Shown: positions 20,980-31,294, counted from the stretch's first letter. The stretch is 64,000 nt of DNA from an uncultured Chthonomonadaceae bacterium (GCA_963835065.1 CAWIEK010000045.1:1-64000), one strand, 5' to 3'. The notes: generated by a model from the letters alone, not told the origin. Numbers and translations are program-made.

Positions 20980-21816
20980 TTATTTGCCGCCATGCGAGAT
21001 TTTGCTGTAATCGGGGTCGAGGGACGGGCTGGCGTCGAGAAGACGCTTTGTGTATTCCTGCTGCGGATTGTCGAAAATTTGATCTACCGTACCCCGCTCC
21101 ACAATCTGCCCGTGTTCCATCACGCACACTTCATCGGCCAGATAGCCGACCACATCCAGGTTGTGCGTAACGAACAGATACGTCAGGCCGCGTTCGCGCT
21201 GCAAGCGCCGCAACAGATTCAGCACCTGCGATTGGACGGACACGTCCAGCGCGCTTGTCGGCTCGTCCAGCACAATGAAGTTCGGGTCAACCGAAAGGGC
21301 GCGGGCAATAGCGATGCGCTGCCGTTGCCCACCCGAAAACTCGTGCGGATAACGGTCCAGCGATTCGGGCGGCATACTGACCTGCTTGAGCAGTTCCTTG
21401 CAGCGTTCCTCGCGCTCCGTCGCGTTTGCGCCGATGCGATGCACGATCATGCCTTCCTGCAAGGTTTCGCGCACGTTCATACGCGCGTTCAGGCTGGCAT
21501 ACGGGTCTTGAAACACGACCTGCATCTGTCGGCGCAGTTCCTGCCGCACTCGCCCCCGCCGCGCGGAAAACGGCTGGCCTTCATACACAATATCGCCGCC
21601 TGTCGGCTCCAGCAAATCCAGCAGCATCAATGCGACGGTTGTTTTGCCCGACCCGGATTCGCCCACTAAGGCCAATGTCTTGCCTTTGGGTATCTCAAAA
21701 CTTACATCTTCGACGGCTTTTTTCCACTTTTTCGGCTGAAACAATCCCGTGCGCTGTGGAAAATGCTTTTGCAGGTTCCTAACGGCAATCAGAGGCGTAC
21801 TGTCTTGTATACTCAT
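20980..21816 (-). CDS. Oligopeptide/dipeptide ABC transporter ATP-binding protein (OppF/DppF-like)
   Basis: GESGSGKT, VFQDP, FSGGQRQR and LDEPTSALD. Confidence 0.9.
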   Translation of the reverse strand: MSIQDSTPLIAVRNLQKHFPQRTGLFQPKKWKKAVEDVSFEIPKGKTLALVGESGSGKTTVALMLLDLLEPTGGDIVYEGQPFSARRGRVRQELRRQMQVVFQDPYASLNARMNVRETLQEGMIVHRIGANATEREERCKELLKQVSMPPESLDRYPHEFSGGQRQRIAIARALSVDPNFIVLDEPTSALDVSVQSQVLNLLRRLQRERGLTYLFVTHNLDVVGYLADEVCVMEHGQIVERGTVDQIFDNPQQEYTKRLLDASPSLDPDYSKISHGGK

Positions 21817-21839
21817 CCTTCATCCTTCATCCTTCATCC

Positions 21840-22883
21840 TTAAACGTTCACTTCCTGCCGCAAGACAATCGGAACCATTCTTTCGGCGCGGTCAGCGGGA
21901 CGGTCGGGAATATCGGGGTCGTACAGGTGGCAGCGGCAGGGACGATCCGCGCCCGCCGGACGCTCTTTGGGCGGTATGACCGGGCAGGAGCCGAAGCGGT
22001 AGCGGCAGCGCGGCTCGAAGCGGCAGGCAGTCGGCCATTTTGTCGGCTGCGGCACAATGCCTTCCAGAGTGGTCAAATCCTGTCCGCGCCGGGCGCGCGT
22101 CGGCAGGCTGGCAAACAAGCCCTGCGTATACGGATGCTGCGGATCGGCGAATAGATCGCGCGCAGACGCGCTTTCCACGACCTGCCCCGCATACATCACC
22201 GTCACGTCATGGGCAACCCGAGCCACTACGCCCAGATCATGCGTAATCAGCACCATCGCCATGCCAAGCCGCTTCTGCAAATCGCGCATCAAGTCCAAAA
22301 TCTGCGCCTGAATCGTTACATCCAGTGCCGTTGTCGGCTCATCGGCAATCAGCAGTTTGGGATCGTTGGCAAGGGCGAGGGCGATCATCACGCGCTGCCG
22401 CATCCCGCCCGACAGTTCGTGCGGATACTGCCGCATGTGCTGGGCGGGGTCGGGCATCCCCACCAGTTTGAGCAGATCAACGCCCCGGTTCCACGCGGCT
22501 TTGCCGTTGGCCGTGCCGTGAATGTCCATCGACTCCGTTAATTGCCAGCCGACGGTATACACCGCGTTCAAACTGGTCATGGGTTCCTGAAAGATCATGG
22601 CGATGTCTTTGCCGCGCACACTCCGCATCTGGTCCCAGGTCAGGTCCAGCAGGTCGCGCCCCTCAAAGACAATGCGCCCTTCGTCAATGTACCCGGCAGG
22701 CTCCGGCACCAGCTGCATGATGGACAGCGCGGTAATGGACTTGCCACACCCCGACTCGCCCACAATCGCCAGCGTTTCGCCCTTGTTGACCGTAAACGAT
22801 ACGCCATCTACGGCCTTCGCCAACCCCGACGGCGTGTTGAAAAACGTATGCAGGTTTTCGACTTGTAAGATAGGTTCGGGCAC
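21840..22883 (-). CDS. Oligopeptide/dipeptide ABC transporter ATP-binding protein (OppD/DppD-like)
   Basis: GESGCGKS, LSGGMRQR, and HPYT...CRFEPRC C-terminal domain. Confidence 0.9.
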   Translation of the reverse strand: MPEPILQVENLHTFFNTPSGLAKAVDGVSFTVNKGETLAIVGESGCGKSITALSIMQLVPEPAGYIDEGRIVFEGRDLLDLTWDQMRSVRGKDIAMIFQEPMTSLNAVYTVGWQLTESMDIHGTANGKAAWNRGVDLLKLVGMPDPAQHMRQYPHELSGGMRQRVMIALALANDPKLLIADEPTTALDVTIQAQILDLMRDLQKRLGMAMVLITHDLGVVARVAHDVTVMYAGQVVESASARDLFADPQHPYTQGLFASLPTRARRGQDLTTLEGIVPQPTKWPTACRFEPRCRYRFGSCPVIPPKERPAGADRPCRCHLYDPDIPDRPADRAERMVPIVLRQEVNV

Positions 22884-23010
22884 GGTAAACTCCAGGTTTC
22901 AGGTTTCAGGTTTCAGGTGTCAGGCAGAACTCGTTCCTGATACCTATTCCTTTTCGGAAGAAGGTAGGCAGCTAGATATTCCCTGAAACCTGAAACCTGA
23001 AACCTGAAAC

Positions 23011-24018
23011 CTAACTGGTTCTCAATCGCGGATCAATCGCGTCGCGCAGGGCGTCGCCGAAAATGTTGAAGGACAGTACCAGCAGGAACAGCGCGCCGGA
23101 GGCGGAGGCGAGATGCCAGCCGATAACCGGTTCGCGGGCAAGTTCCGTGCGCGCGCTGTCAATCATGTTGCCCCAACTGCCGAATTCGGGGGGAACGCCG
23201 ACGCCGACAAATGTAAGGATGCTTTCCGCCATGACATACCCGCTGAAACCCAGCACCAGCGAAATAATCACGATGGGCAGCAGGTTGGGCAAAATATGGC
23301 GCAGCATGATGCGCAGGTTGCTCACGCCAAGCGAGCGGGCGGCGCGGACGTACTCGCGGTCACGGTGCTTGAGCGTTTCGCCCCGAATAAGACGGCATAA
23401 GCCAATCCAACTGGTGAAGCCCAGGGCAAAGCAAATTTGATTCAGACCCCTGCCGAGAACCAGAACCAGGGTAATCAGCAGCAGAATGTCGGGTATGGAG
23501 CCGACAACTGTATACGTATACTGAATCACATCATCTACGCGCTTGCCGTAATATCCCGCCAGCAATCCAAAAATCAGGCCGATGGGCAGCACGATGATAC
23601 TGGTCAGACCGCCGATAATCATGGCCGTGCGGCAGCCTTTAAGGGTGCGAAACAGCACGTCGCGCCCGTTGCCGTCCGTGCCAAGAATATGCCTGCCTGT
23701 CAGGGGATGTATTTTGGCTTCACCGGTTGTCATGGTCGCAAACGGGCTGGAGTACGTGCGTTCGACGGATACGCGGGCGAACATGCGATCCAGAATGGTC
23801 TTCGGTTCCGCCGCTTTGTTGTCCTGCCAGGCGATGCTGTCCAGCACGGCCACGCCCGCGTACAGGCAAATCACGGTCAGCGCGGCCAGCGCCACTTTGT
23901 TGCGTCCGATGCGGCGGTAGGCTTCCGCCCAAAGCGGCGTTCGCCGCGCCCGCGCGATCAGCGTAACCAGTACGACGACAACGACAACAGGTATCAGATT
24001 GCTTATCCAGGTGTTCAT
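23011..24018 (-). CDS. Peptide ABC transporter permease (OppC/DppC-like)
   Basis: HILGTDGNGRD, EYVRAARSLG and FGDALRDAIDPR. Confidence 0.9.
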   Translation of the reverse strand: MNTWISNLIPVVVVVVLVTLIARARRTPLWAEAYRRIGRNKVALAALTVICLYAGVAVLDSIAWQDNKAAEPKTILDRMFARVSVERTYSSPFATMTTGEAKIHPLTGRHILGTDGNGRDVLFRTLKGCRTAMIIGGLTSIIVLPIGLIFGLLAGYYGKRVDDVIQYTYTVVGSIPDILLLITLVLVLGRGLNQICFALGFTSWIGLCRLIRGETLKHRDREYVRAARSLGVSNLRIMLRHILPNLLPIVIISLVLGFSGYVMAESILTFVGVGVPPEFGSWGNMIDSARTELAREPVIGWHLASASGALFLLVLSFNIFGDALRDAIDPRLRTS

Positions 24019-24029
24019 GTCTGTCCCTA

Positions 24030-24971
24030 TTACTCCAATCGAACGCGCGGGTCCACCAGAGCGTAGCCAATGTCGGTCAAAATATAGCCGATGATGGTCA
24101 TCAGCGTTCCCAAAAACACCATCGCGCGCACAACGGCGAAGTCCGCGCTGTTGATTGCGTCCAGCAGGTAGTTGCCAAGTCCGGGAATGTTGAAAAACGC
24201 TTCCAGTAACAGACTGCCCAAAAACAGGCCGGGGAGCGCCGCGACTGATGAAGTGACAATCGGCACAGCCGCGTTTTTCAGCACATGCTTGAATAACACG
24301 GCCTGTTCGGAAACGCCTTTGGCCCGCGCCGTCCTGACGTAATCTTGATTCATCTCTTCCAGCATAAAGGTGCGGTACAAGCGCGTCACGCCACCGAAAC
24401 TGTACAAGATACCGACAAAGGTAGGCATTAAAAAGAATTTAATACCGGCCAATCCGCCGTGATACCCGGCAATGGGAAATATCTTCAGGACTTTCCCCAG
24501 CATGAACTGCCCCGTGATGATGTACACCATAGACACGATGCTCATCAGCAGTACGCATAAGAACGTGCCCCAATAGTCCACATACGTGCTGCGAAAGTAC
24601 GCCAGAAACAGCGCGGCGGCAATCGTCGTAAGCTGCAAGCCTATGAAGACGGGCAGGGCAATGGCAAAGGAGGGACCCGCGCTTTTGATAATGCGCTCGC
24701 GGATGTCTTCTTGATTAGCATCGGACTTGCCGAACTGAAACGTCAACAAGTTCCAGGTTTGCGAGGCGATCTGCTGGCCGCGCGGCTTGTCATAGCCGTG
24801 CTGAACCAGCCATTCGTTCAGTTGTTTTTGCGTCGGGTTTTTGGCCGACAGGTTGTTACGCGCAATGCGCTCCGGGGGAAAGACCCCGTAGAACAGCAGG
24901 ATTGTCAGAAAGGATACCGTTGCGAGAATGGGAATCGCGTACAGCACACGTCGCAGCACGTAGCGCAGCAT
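24030..24971 (-). CDS. Peptide ABC transporter permease (OppB/DppB-like)
   Basis: MLRYVLRR, QDYVRTARAKG and YALVDPRVR. Confidence 0.9.
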   Translation of the reverse strand: MLRYVLRRVLYAIPILATVSFLTILLFYGVFPPERIARNNLSAKNPTQKQLNEWLVQHGYDKPRGQQIASQTWNLLTFQFGKSDANQEDIRERIIKSAGPSFAIALPVFIGLQLTTIAAALFLAYFRSTYVDYWGTFLCVLLMSIVSMVYIITGQFMLGKVLKIFPIAGYHGGLAGIKFFLMPTFVGILYSFGGVTRLYRTFMLEEMNQDYVRTARAKGVSEQAVLFKHVLKNAAVPIVTSSVAALPGLFLGSLLLEAFFNIPGLGNYLLDAINSADFAVVRAMVFLGTLMTIIGYILTDIGYALVDPRVRLE

Positions 24972-24973
24972 GG

Positions 24974-27070
24974 TTAGTGTCCTCCTGTATTTTGGCGCAC
25001 ATGCCGATTGGTACGCTGTCGAACCACCTGCGCGGCGGGAATGCTGCCGACGAAAATCAGCGCGGCAACCGCCAGCAGAGGCAAATAATTGGGGATATTC
25101 CATTCGGCCTGCAGGCGGGCGCGGACATTGCCGTCTACGCGCCAGTATTTCACCATATCCTGCGCCACCGGATGCGGCTTATAGTTGGACAGCCAGGGCT
25201 GCGTCAGAGCGAACGTTTCATTGTGCGTGAGATAAATCCAGGGACAATCTTCCGCCGCAATGTCGCGCATTTTGTTGATGATGGCCGCGCGTTCCGGCGT
25301 GTCTTCCATAGCCCGCATTTGCTCGAACAGCTTGTCGTATTCCGGGTTCAGGTAGTTGCAGGCGTTGGGACCGGGGCGTTTGTTGGGACCATACAGCAGG
25401 AACACGAAGTTTTCCGGGTCGGGATAATCGGCCACCCAGCCATAGTTCATGAACTGATAGTCTCCCTTGTCAATTTTGGCCTGAAACACCGGCCCACGCC
25501 AGGCGCGCGACTCGACATGGATGCCGATCTTCTCGATCATTTCCGTGAACAGCCCAATAACCTGCCGTCCCGCCGCCGTGATAAGCAGGTTTTCCCAGTA
25601 GATGGTCAGCCGTTCGCCGGTTTTGGGGTCAATGCCGTTGGGGTAGCCCGCTTCCGCCAGCAGTTTCTTCGCTTTTTCCAGATCAGGAGTGCGGTATGGG
25701 TTCTTGTAGTTGGGATCGTAGCCGAACAATCCGGGCGCGATGATGGACTGCGCAGGCTTGCCCAATCCCAGGTAGATAATATCTATGTACTTTTGCGCGT
25801 CAATGGAGCAGGAAATCGCCTGCCGCAGCTTGCGGTGCTTTTCCGCCTCCTCGCCGGTCAGGGGCTTGCCGCCGGCGTCCACGCCACCCACAACCGGGTC
25901 ATTCATGTTGAACGAAAAGTAGCTGACATCTACCGCCACTTCGCGGTGCAGGCCGATGCCGCGCTTTGTCATTTCCGGCGTCAGCGCGTTGCCATTGCCC
26001 ATAACCTGCTGAAAGTTGGTTTGTCCCACGCCCGCAAAATCCAGATAGCCTTGCAGGAACAGATTCCATGAGGTTGTTCCCTCGCGGACAACGACATAGC
26101 GGAGTTCCTTGATGAACGGCAACTGCTGTCCCGCATCCTTGAGCAGCCCGGCTTCCGCATCCCCCGGCGCTCCCTCGGAAGGATAAAAATCGTCCTTGCG
26201 ATAGTTGGGATTGGCTTTCAGCGTGATGCCGCCCTTGGGCTTGTACTCCGTCAACATATACGGGCCGCAGCCGACGGGATGGCGGGCCAAATCCTTGCCA
26301 TACGTATCCGCCGCCTCATGCGCAAGGGGACTGGTAAAGTGCATCGCCATCAGATACTTCAGTTGCGGGTAGGGCTGATTGAGTTTGATCCGAAACGTGT
26401 ACGGGTCGCGGGGGTCGAGTTCCAACCCCTCCATCGGATAGCTGTAATCCGGCTTTTGCTTGGCCTTTTCCTGCGCGGCGATATGATCCTCGTAGTCTTT
26501 CATGCCCAAAATCTTGTCGTCAAAGAAGCTAAGAATGGGACACGTTACGTCGGGATCGGCCATGCGCCGGAAGCAATACAGGAAATCGGCTGCCGTGATT
26601 TCGCGCCCTTTGCCATCCGCAAAGCAAGGGTCGTCCTGAAAGCGCAGGCCCTTGCGGATATGGAACGTCCACAACTGCCCTGTTTTGGTGACTTGCGCTT
26701 CCTTGCCGTCTTTGCCTTTCTCCGTTGCCGTGTAGGTGTAGGGTGTGGCTTCCGGCATGGTCGTGCCCAACCCCAATTCCAGCACGAACGGATTGCGCTT
26801 GAGATAGTTGTATTGCAGGTAGGACGCATAAATGGGATCAATCACTTCCGCCGCCGCCACGTCATACGCAACAGAAGGGTCGAACGTTTTGGGATCGTCC
26901 GTAATGTTGCGGTACAGAATAGGTTCTGCCGTTTCCCCGGTGGGATAGGGATTGTTGCTGCATCCCGTCAGCAGCGATACCGCTATAGCGCCGAACAGTA
27001 TGGGCAAAATCCGCGAACAAAGCCACTGGCGTTTGGCAAAAGTTTTCAATTGTAATGAAAATACCGACAT
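24974..27070 (-). CDS. Peptide ABC transporter substrate-binding lipoprotein (family 5) with a C-terminal TM anchor
   Basis: LLTGC lipobox; DDPKTFDPS, HPVGCGPY and GWVADYPDPENF. Confidence 0.88.
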   Translation of the reverse strand: MSVFSLQLKTFAKRQWLCSRILPILFGAIAVSLLTGCSNNPYPTGETAEPILYRNITDDPKTFDPSVAYDVAAAEVIDPIYASYLQYNYLKRNPFVLELGLGTTMPEATPYTYTATEKGKDGKEAQVTKTGQLWTFHIRKGLRFQDDPCFADGKGREITAADFLYCFRRMADPDVTCPILSFFDDKILGMKDYEDHIAAQEKAKQKPDYSYPMEGLELDPRDPYTFRIKLNQPYPQLKYLMAMHFTSPLAHEAADTYGKDLARHPVGCGPYMLTEYKPKGGITLKANPNYRKDDFYPSEGAPGDAEAGLLKDAGQQLPFIKELRYVVVREGTTSWNLFLQGYLDFAGVGQTNFQQVMGNGNALTPEMTKRGIGLHREVAVDVSYFSFNMNDPVVGGVDAGGKPLTGEEAEKHRKLRQAISCSIDAQKYIDIIYLGLGKPAQSIIAPGLFGYDPNYKNPYRTPDLEKAKKLLAEAGYPNGIDPKTGERLTIYWENLLITAAGRQVIGLFTEMIEKIGIHVESRAWRGPVFQAKIDKGDYQFMNYGWVADYPDPENFVFLLYGPNKRPGPNACNYLNPEYDKLFEQMRAMEDTPERAAIINKMRDIAAEDCPWIYLTHNETFALTQPWLSNYKPHPVAQDMVKYWRVDGNVRARLQAEWNIPNYLPLLAVAALIFVGSIPAAQVVRQRTNRHVRQNTGGH

Positions 27071-27201
27071 AATTTTTATCCTGAAGGGAATAAATCTGAG
27101 CAAAGTCAGGAATGGGTTCATGTTGAGCAAACGGGAGAGTTGAGATACGACATTATACCCACATTCCTGATAAGATTGTACTTGCGCAGCCAATCAGCCG
27201 T

Positions 27202-28782
27202 TCAGCGTCCGAAGACGGGAACCCCTGCGCCTACTGACGTTTCCCCTACTCCTTCCGTGACGATTTTGCCTTCCCGCCGATCCAGCAGGGATGCGGGCAG
27301 ATAGGCGACGACGGCTAAGGCAGGCAGGCTCATTAAGGCGCTTAGTCCGACCACCTGCCCAAAATTCCAGTGCGCGTTGATATTGAGCCACGAGCCGAAC
27401 ACGTTGGACAAGCGACTTGCGAATGTGAACACGCTTGTCAGCAGGGCATAACCGAGCATTGCCTGCCCGCGCGGTATCGCCCGGATAGCAAGATCGAACA
27501 GCATGGCAAATACCAATGCCGACAGAACGCCGTTCGCGCCCTCGATGCAGACTGCCGCGACAGGCGTTCGATACCCAAGATACAGCAGCGTTCCCAGGGC
27601 ATTGCAGCCGATACCCGCTATCAGCAGGGTTTGCAGCGCAACGCGCCGACACAGATACAGATAGCCGCCCACGCCCGCCAGCCCACACGCGCCCCCCACA
27701 AACGCCAGTCCGTACTTCACGCCTTCCCCAAAGTGCAGCCGTACATTTTCCTGATCCTGCAAAGCCGTAAAATTCGGAGCCATGTAGACAAGACAGGCAA
27801 TGGCGACTACACCCCAGACGTTTCTATTGCCGATTGTGGATTGCCGATTGTGGATTGTCGATTGAGTTTCTCCTGTTCCCTGTTCCCTGTTCCCTGTTCC
27901 CTGTTTCTCCTTTTCTTCTCTTCTGTCTTCCCTCAGCAACGTCCAGCAAAGTAGGGCGAAGCCGGTCAGTACGAGGGCGCAGAAGGGAGCGGTAAAATGC
28001 AGGGTTTTCAAGCCTAAGAGACTGGCCGCGCCTGCGCCGGTCAGACGCGCCAGGAATACGCCGCCCGCGTGGAGCGCGCCCAATCTGCCGGTTGCGCCCA
28101 TGCGCTGGCCCTGTTCCACCAGTATGCCACCCATGACCGTACTGGCAAGCGCGAGCATGGCTCCAATGGCGACTAAGAGACAGACAAGCAGCATGGCGGA
28201 ATGGGTGACACTTGCCGCAAGCCACAAACCGGCGGCACACAACGCGCTGCCTGCCAGCCATTGTCGGCGCGTAGGCGCAGAAGGCGATTTTGATTGCAGG
28301 CAAAGGGCGAAAATCGGCTTTGCGTACCAGAACGCGCCGAGCAGCAGCCACAACAGCGCGGTTTGCAGGGCGTTGGCGGTTTGATTGCCAAACCAGAAAC
28401 GCTCTACGGCAAGCGGCGCGATCACATCCGGCTGCGCGAGGGTGGTGACGAACACGATCAGACCGATCAGCAGCAGCAGGCCGCGCAATTCCGCTTTCAT
28501 CCGGGCGCGTTCCTGCGGCGTCAGCGTGGGCAGGTCGGGCAGTCCGAGCGCGGCTAACATGCGGTTCAAACCGGATGCGGTCAGGGTTTCTGTTTGCATT
28601 TGCGCCAGGCCGTTCTGGGCGCGAAGTTCCGCGCTGTGCGCCTGTCGGCAGTCTGCGCACCCCCGCCGATGCCACCAATCGGCAAGCGTCGTGGAAGCCA
28701 GGGGAACGTCCCTATGGGCGCGATCAACGGCGGTGTTGTCGCGTTCCGTTTGGGGCGTGTTCGGTTGACGTGAGCAATTCAT
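27202..28782 (-). CDS. Fusion of an anti-sigma zinc-finger-like domain and an MFS transporter
   Basis: N-terminal HRRGCADC (HxxxCxxC), then about 12 TM resembling the 19445 and 52982 MFS (LAIRAIPRG); ATGA overlap with the ECF sigma stop. Confidence 0.65.
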   Translation of the reverse strand: MNCSRQPNTPQTERDNTAVDRAHRDVPLASTTLADWWHRRGCADCRQAHSAELRAQNGLAQMQTETLTASGLNRMLAALGLPDLPTLTPQERARMKAELRGLLLLIGLIVFVTTLAQPDVIAPLAVERFWFGNQTANALQTALLWLLLGAFWYAKPIFALCLQSKSPSAPTRRQWLAGSALCAAGLWLAASVTHSAMLLVCLLVAIGAMLALASTVMGGILVEQGQRMGATGRLGALHAGGVFLARLTGAGAASLLGLKTLHFTAPFCALVLTGFALLCWTLLREDRREEKEKQGTGNREQGTGETQSTIHNRQSTIGNRNVWGVVAIACLVYMAPNFTALQDQENVRLHFGEGVKYGLAFVGGACGLAGVGGYLYLCRRVALQTLLIAGIGCNALGTLLYLGYRTPVAAVCIEGANGVLSALVFAMLFDLAIRAIPRGQAMLGYALLTSVFTFASRLSNVFGSWLNINAHWNFGQVVGLSALMSLPALAVVAYLPASLLDRREGKIVTEGVGETSVGAGVPVFGR

Positions 28783-29525
28783 CTCCAATGTCCTTTGAAC
28801 CAGGGTTTTCTGGCAGGCGAAGAAGCCGCAGCCGCCGCATTGCCGATGCCGGCTTCTCCTGATACAACCGCGTGAACCTTGCTTTGCGGCAGTCCGGGGT
28901 TCTCGCTTGCTTTGAGCCATTGGCGCAGGCGTTCGCGGGCAAAATAGCAACGCGATTCCACCGTGCCAACCGGAATATCTAAAATCAGCGCTACTTCCGC
29001 CTCGCTGAACTGCGACAGGTAGCGCAGCATGAAGGTGTCGCGGTGTTCTTCGGAAAGTTGGGCAAGGGCGGCTTCCAGCGCCAGTCGGTCTTCCACAGCG
29101 TTCAGCGCATTGCAAACGGGGTTCGATGCAAGCGCGTCCAGCGTCTCGCCCAGGCTTTCCACGCTGACTTCCACCCGATGGTCGCGCAGCCAATGTGCAA
29201 ACTCGCGCCGCATGATCACAAACAGCCAGGCGCGGAGGGCGGATTTGTCCTGCAAGCCATCCAGGGACGCAAACGCCCGACACCACACCCATTGGGTCAA
29301 ATCTTCCGCGTCCTCGCGCCTGCCGGTCTTCCAGCGCAGCCAGCAAAACAGGGTGTTGCTGTGCCGCGCCACCAGCCGTGACCCCGCGCCTTTGTCCCCG
29401 CCGAGATAGCGTTCGATTAGTTCGGCATCGTTCTCCACCAACCAACTCCGGTTCCGCCCTGCCGCACAATTACGTTCGTAAGTTCTTCTATACGTATAGA
29501 GCGCGTTCGGCGTGATTTCCTTCAT
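28779..29525 (-). CDS. ECF RNA polymerase sigma-70 factor
   Basis: DAEDLTQ and AWLFVI region 2; EVALILDIPVGTVESR region 4. Confidence 0.9.
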   Translation of the reverse strand: MKEITPNALYTYRRTYERNCAAGRNRSWLVENDAELIERYLGGDKGAGSRLVARHSNTLFCWLRWKTGRREDAEDLTQWVWCRAFASLDGLQDKSALRAWLFVIMRREFAHWLRDHRVEVSVESLGETLDALASNPVCNALNAVEDRLALEAALAQLSEEHRDTFMLRYLSQFSEAEVALILDIPVGTVESRCYFARERLRQWLKASENPGLPQSKVHAVVSGEAGIGNAAAAASSPARKPWFKGHWR

Positions 29526-29553
29526 GCGGAAAATATAAATTTTTTATGGAGGG

Positions 29554-29720
29554 TTCTACCCTCATCCGGCCTTCGGTTGAGATAAGGGAGTGGCAGACGA
29601 ACGAACATTCTATGCAGTCTGTTGCTGTCACTCTTATCTCATCGTCGGCCCTTCATTGAAAACTGTCGTGCAATAAGCCCTGAAAGGGAGAAGGTGGACG
29701 GAGGCCGGATGAGGGTAGAA
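29554..29720. repeat. Inverted-repeat (REP/MITE-like) element
   Basis: ttctaccctcatccggccttcg (29554-29575) versus cggaggccggatgagggtagaa (29699-29720), 21 of 22 positions complementary. Confidence 0.6.
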
Positions 29721-29808
29721 GCCATTATTGCAGGAGAATTGCATGGCGGTGACGAATGTTTCTGTATACTCACTGGCGTTAGCGGAAGATAAGGAGCGGC
29801 AGGTTCCC

Positions 29809-29990
29809 ATGAACAAAGGCGGCGGCAGACCAAGCGAAGAACTCCGGCATTTTACGAACCGCGAGGACGAGAAGAAGGTGTTCACGGCGTTTGTGAACGG
29901 CAGGGACGGCGATAATTTGCCCCTCCTGATGTTTTATGGCGTGGGCGGCATCGGCAAAACGTAGATGACCAAGAAGCTGCGGCAGTTAAG
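29809..29990 (+). pseudogene. Remnant of a STAND/AAA-type P-loop ATPase
   Basis: FTNREDE...LLMFYGVGGIGKT followed immediately by TAG (29962-29964); AAGGAG RBS upstream. Confidence 0.7.
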
Positions 29991-30007
29991 GCACATTTCT
30001 GTGTACT

Positions 30008-30739
30008 TTATGAAGATTGATTGGCGCCTGCTGTTACCTCGTGCATTATTTTCACTACTGCCTGAGCCATTTTCAACGCAAGGAGCGCATCGCCTTCATC
30101 GGCTGTCCCGCCACGATGGATGATGCTGTTCCGCTTGTCGTAGCTGGCGGCTAAATCGCGCCATAAATTATCCGGTTCGCGGAACAGGGAACGTCCGGCA
30201 ACAAAGTACATGCCAACGCTCATGCGATGTTTCAGGCTGTATTCATGCGTACTGAAAAACTCGCGCGCTTCCGCCCACTCTCCCGTTAGCGATTGCTTCG
30301 CCATCTTCTCAAATTCCGTCGTGAACGTCGCATCAATCACGCTCCAACAGTTGAGAACGGTTTCCCGAAAACGCTCTTCCCGATACGCCAGTTCAGCGTC
30401 CAGCAAATAAACATCGGAAATTGAAGGATCGGAACCGTCCACAAGCGCCGCCCGAATCTTTGCCTCCATACGCGCTATATCCACAGAATGGTCGCTGCGC
30501 ACAGGCGGCAAAGGAGGCGTGTAAATCAATTCCTCAGCCCAGATTGTCCCATCCTGTAGATTAGTGAACTGAAAAGGACTTGCCTGCGCGTTCGTCAACT
30601 CTGTTACTTGCGGCAGTCTTAATTCCACGCGATACCAGCGCAGCAAACGGTTTACATGATGTAACAATCTGGCCGCGTAACGTCTACGCAAACTTGAGAT
30701 AGTATCTGCGTCTGCTGCATCCGGCGCATCAACAATCAA
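30008..30739 (-). CDS. Hypothetical protein with a C-terminal HEPN-like Rx4H motif (probably 5'-truncated)
   Basis: Helical C-terminus containing YDKRNSIIHRG; no clear start or RBS. Confidence 0.5.
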   Translation of the reverse strand: MIVDAPDAADADTISSLRRRYAARLLHHVNRLLRWYRVELRLPQVTELTNAQASPFQFTNLQDGTIWAEELIYTPPLPPVRSDHSVDIARMEAKIRAALVDGSDPSISDVYLLDAELAYREERFRETVLNCWSVIDATFTTEFEKMAKQSLTGEWAEAREFFSTHEYSLKHRMSVGMYFVAGRSLFREPDNLWRDLAASYDKRNSIIHRGGTADEGDALLALKMAQAVVKIMHEVTAGANQSS

Positions 30740-30904
30740 CAGGAAGATTTTATACGGCTCGGCGTCCCCATCTAGCTTTTAAGCTTCAACTGAACTGAGG
30801 CGCAGTAACTCTCTCCTGTCACCTATCGGATAATCGCCTACGGGCAGTAATAAACTATAAGGAGAGATAAACCATACCTGAATTTGTGGCATAGTACGCC
30901 TCTC

Positions 30905-31156
30905 CTATGTGTAAAGAATCCGCAGTTTCCCCTCAGCGTTATGTTGCCGGGCAAAGTCCTGCAACTCGCCATGAAAGCGATCCGTGATGTCGTCCTCTTT
31001 CAAATATTTGGCGAAGCGTACATACGCAACCAGCATCTCACCCCGACGAAACAGGTCCGCGAACACCTGTTTGTGTTCGCTTTCAAATGAACCCAAATAT
31101 TCTCCGTAGCTGTTTTTTATAGCCGCCGCAAACACTTCATCCTTGGCAATTGACAT
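30905..31156 (-). CDS. Hypothetical protein (83 aa)
   Basis: AGGAGG RBS upstream of the ATG; natural-looking composition. Confidence 0.55.
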   Translation of the reverse strand: MSIAKDEVFAAAIKNSYGEYLGSFESEHKQVFADLFRRGEMLVAYVRFAKYLKEDDITDRFHGELQDFARQHNAEGKLRILYT

Positions 31157-31256
31157 GGCAGCCTCCTGTCAGAAACATAAGTGAACTCGTAAATCCCTAC
31201 GCTTTAGTATACACCACCCTCAACAACGAATGGGAAAGAACTTCGTCCTACAGTAA

Positions 31257-31294
31257 AGCAAGAGGCCGTCGCGCGGATACGACGGCCTCTTGCT
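31257..31294. terminator. Hairpin terminator downstream of ruvB
   Basis: agcaagaggccgtcg / cgacggcctcttgct. Confidence 0.65.

Noticed and set aside
28783..29469. N-terminal 229 aa of the 755-aa ORF
   Set aside because: Overlaps the ECF sigma gene in another frame; the coupled ATG at 28782 is the plausible start
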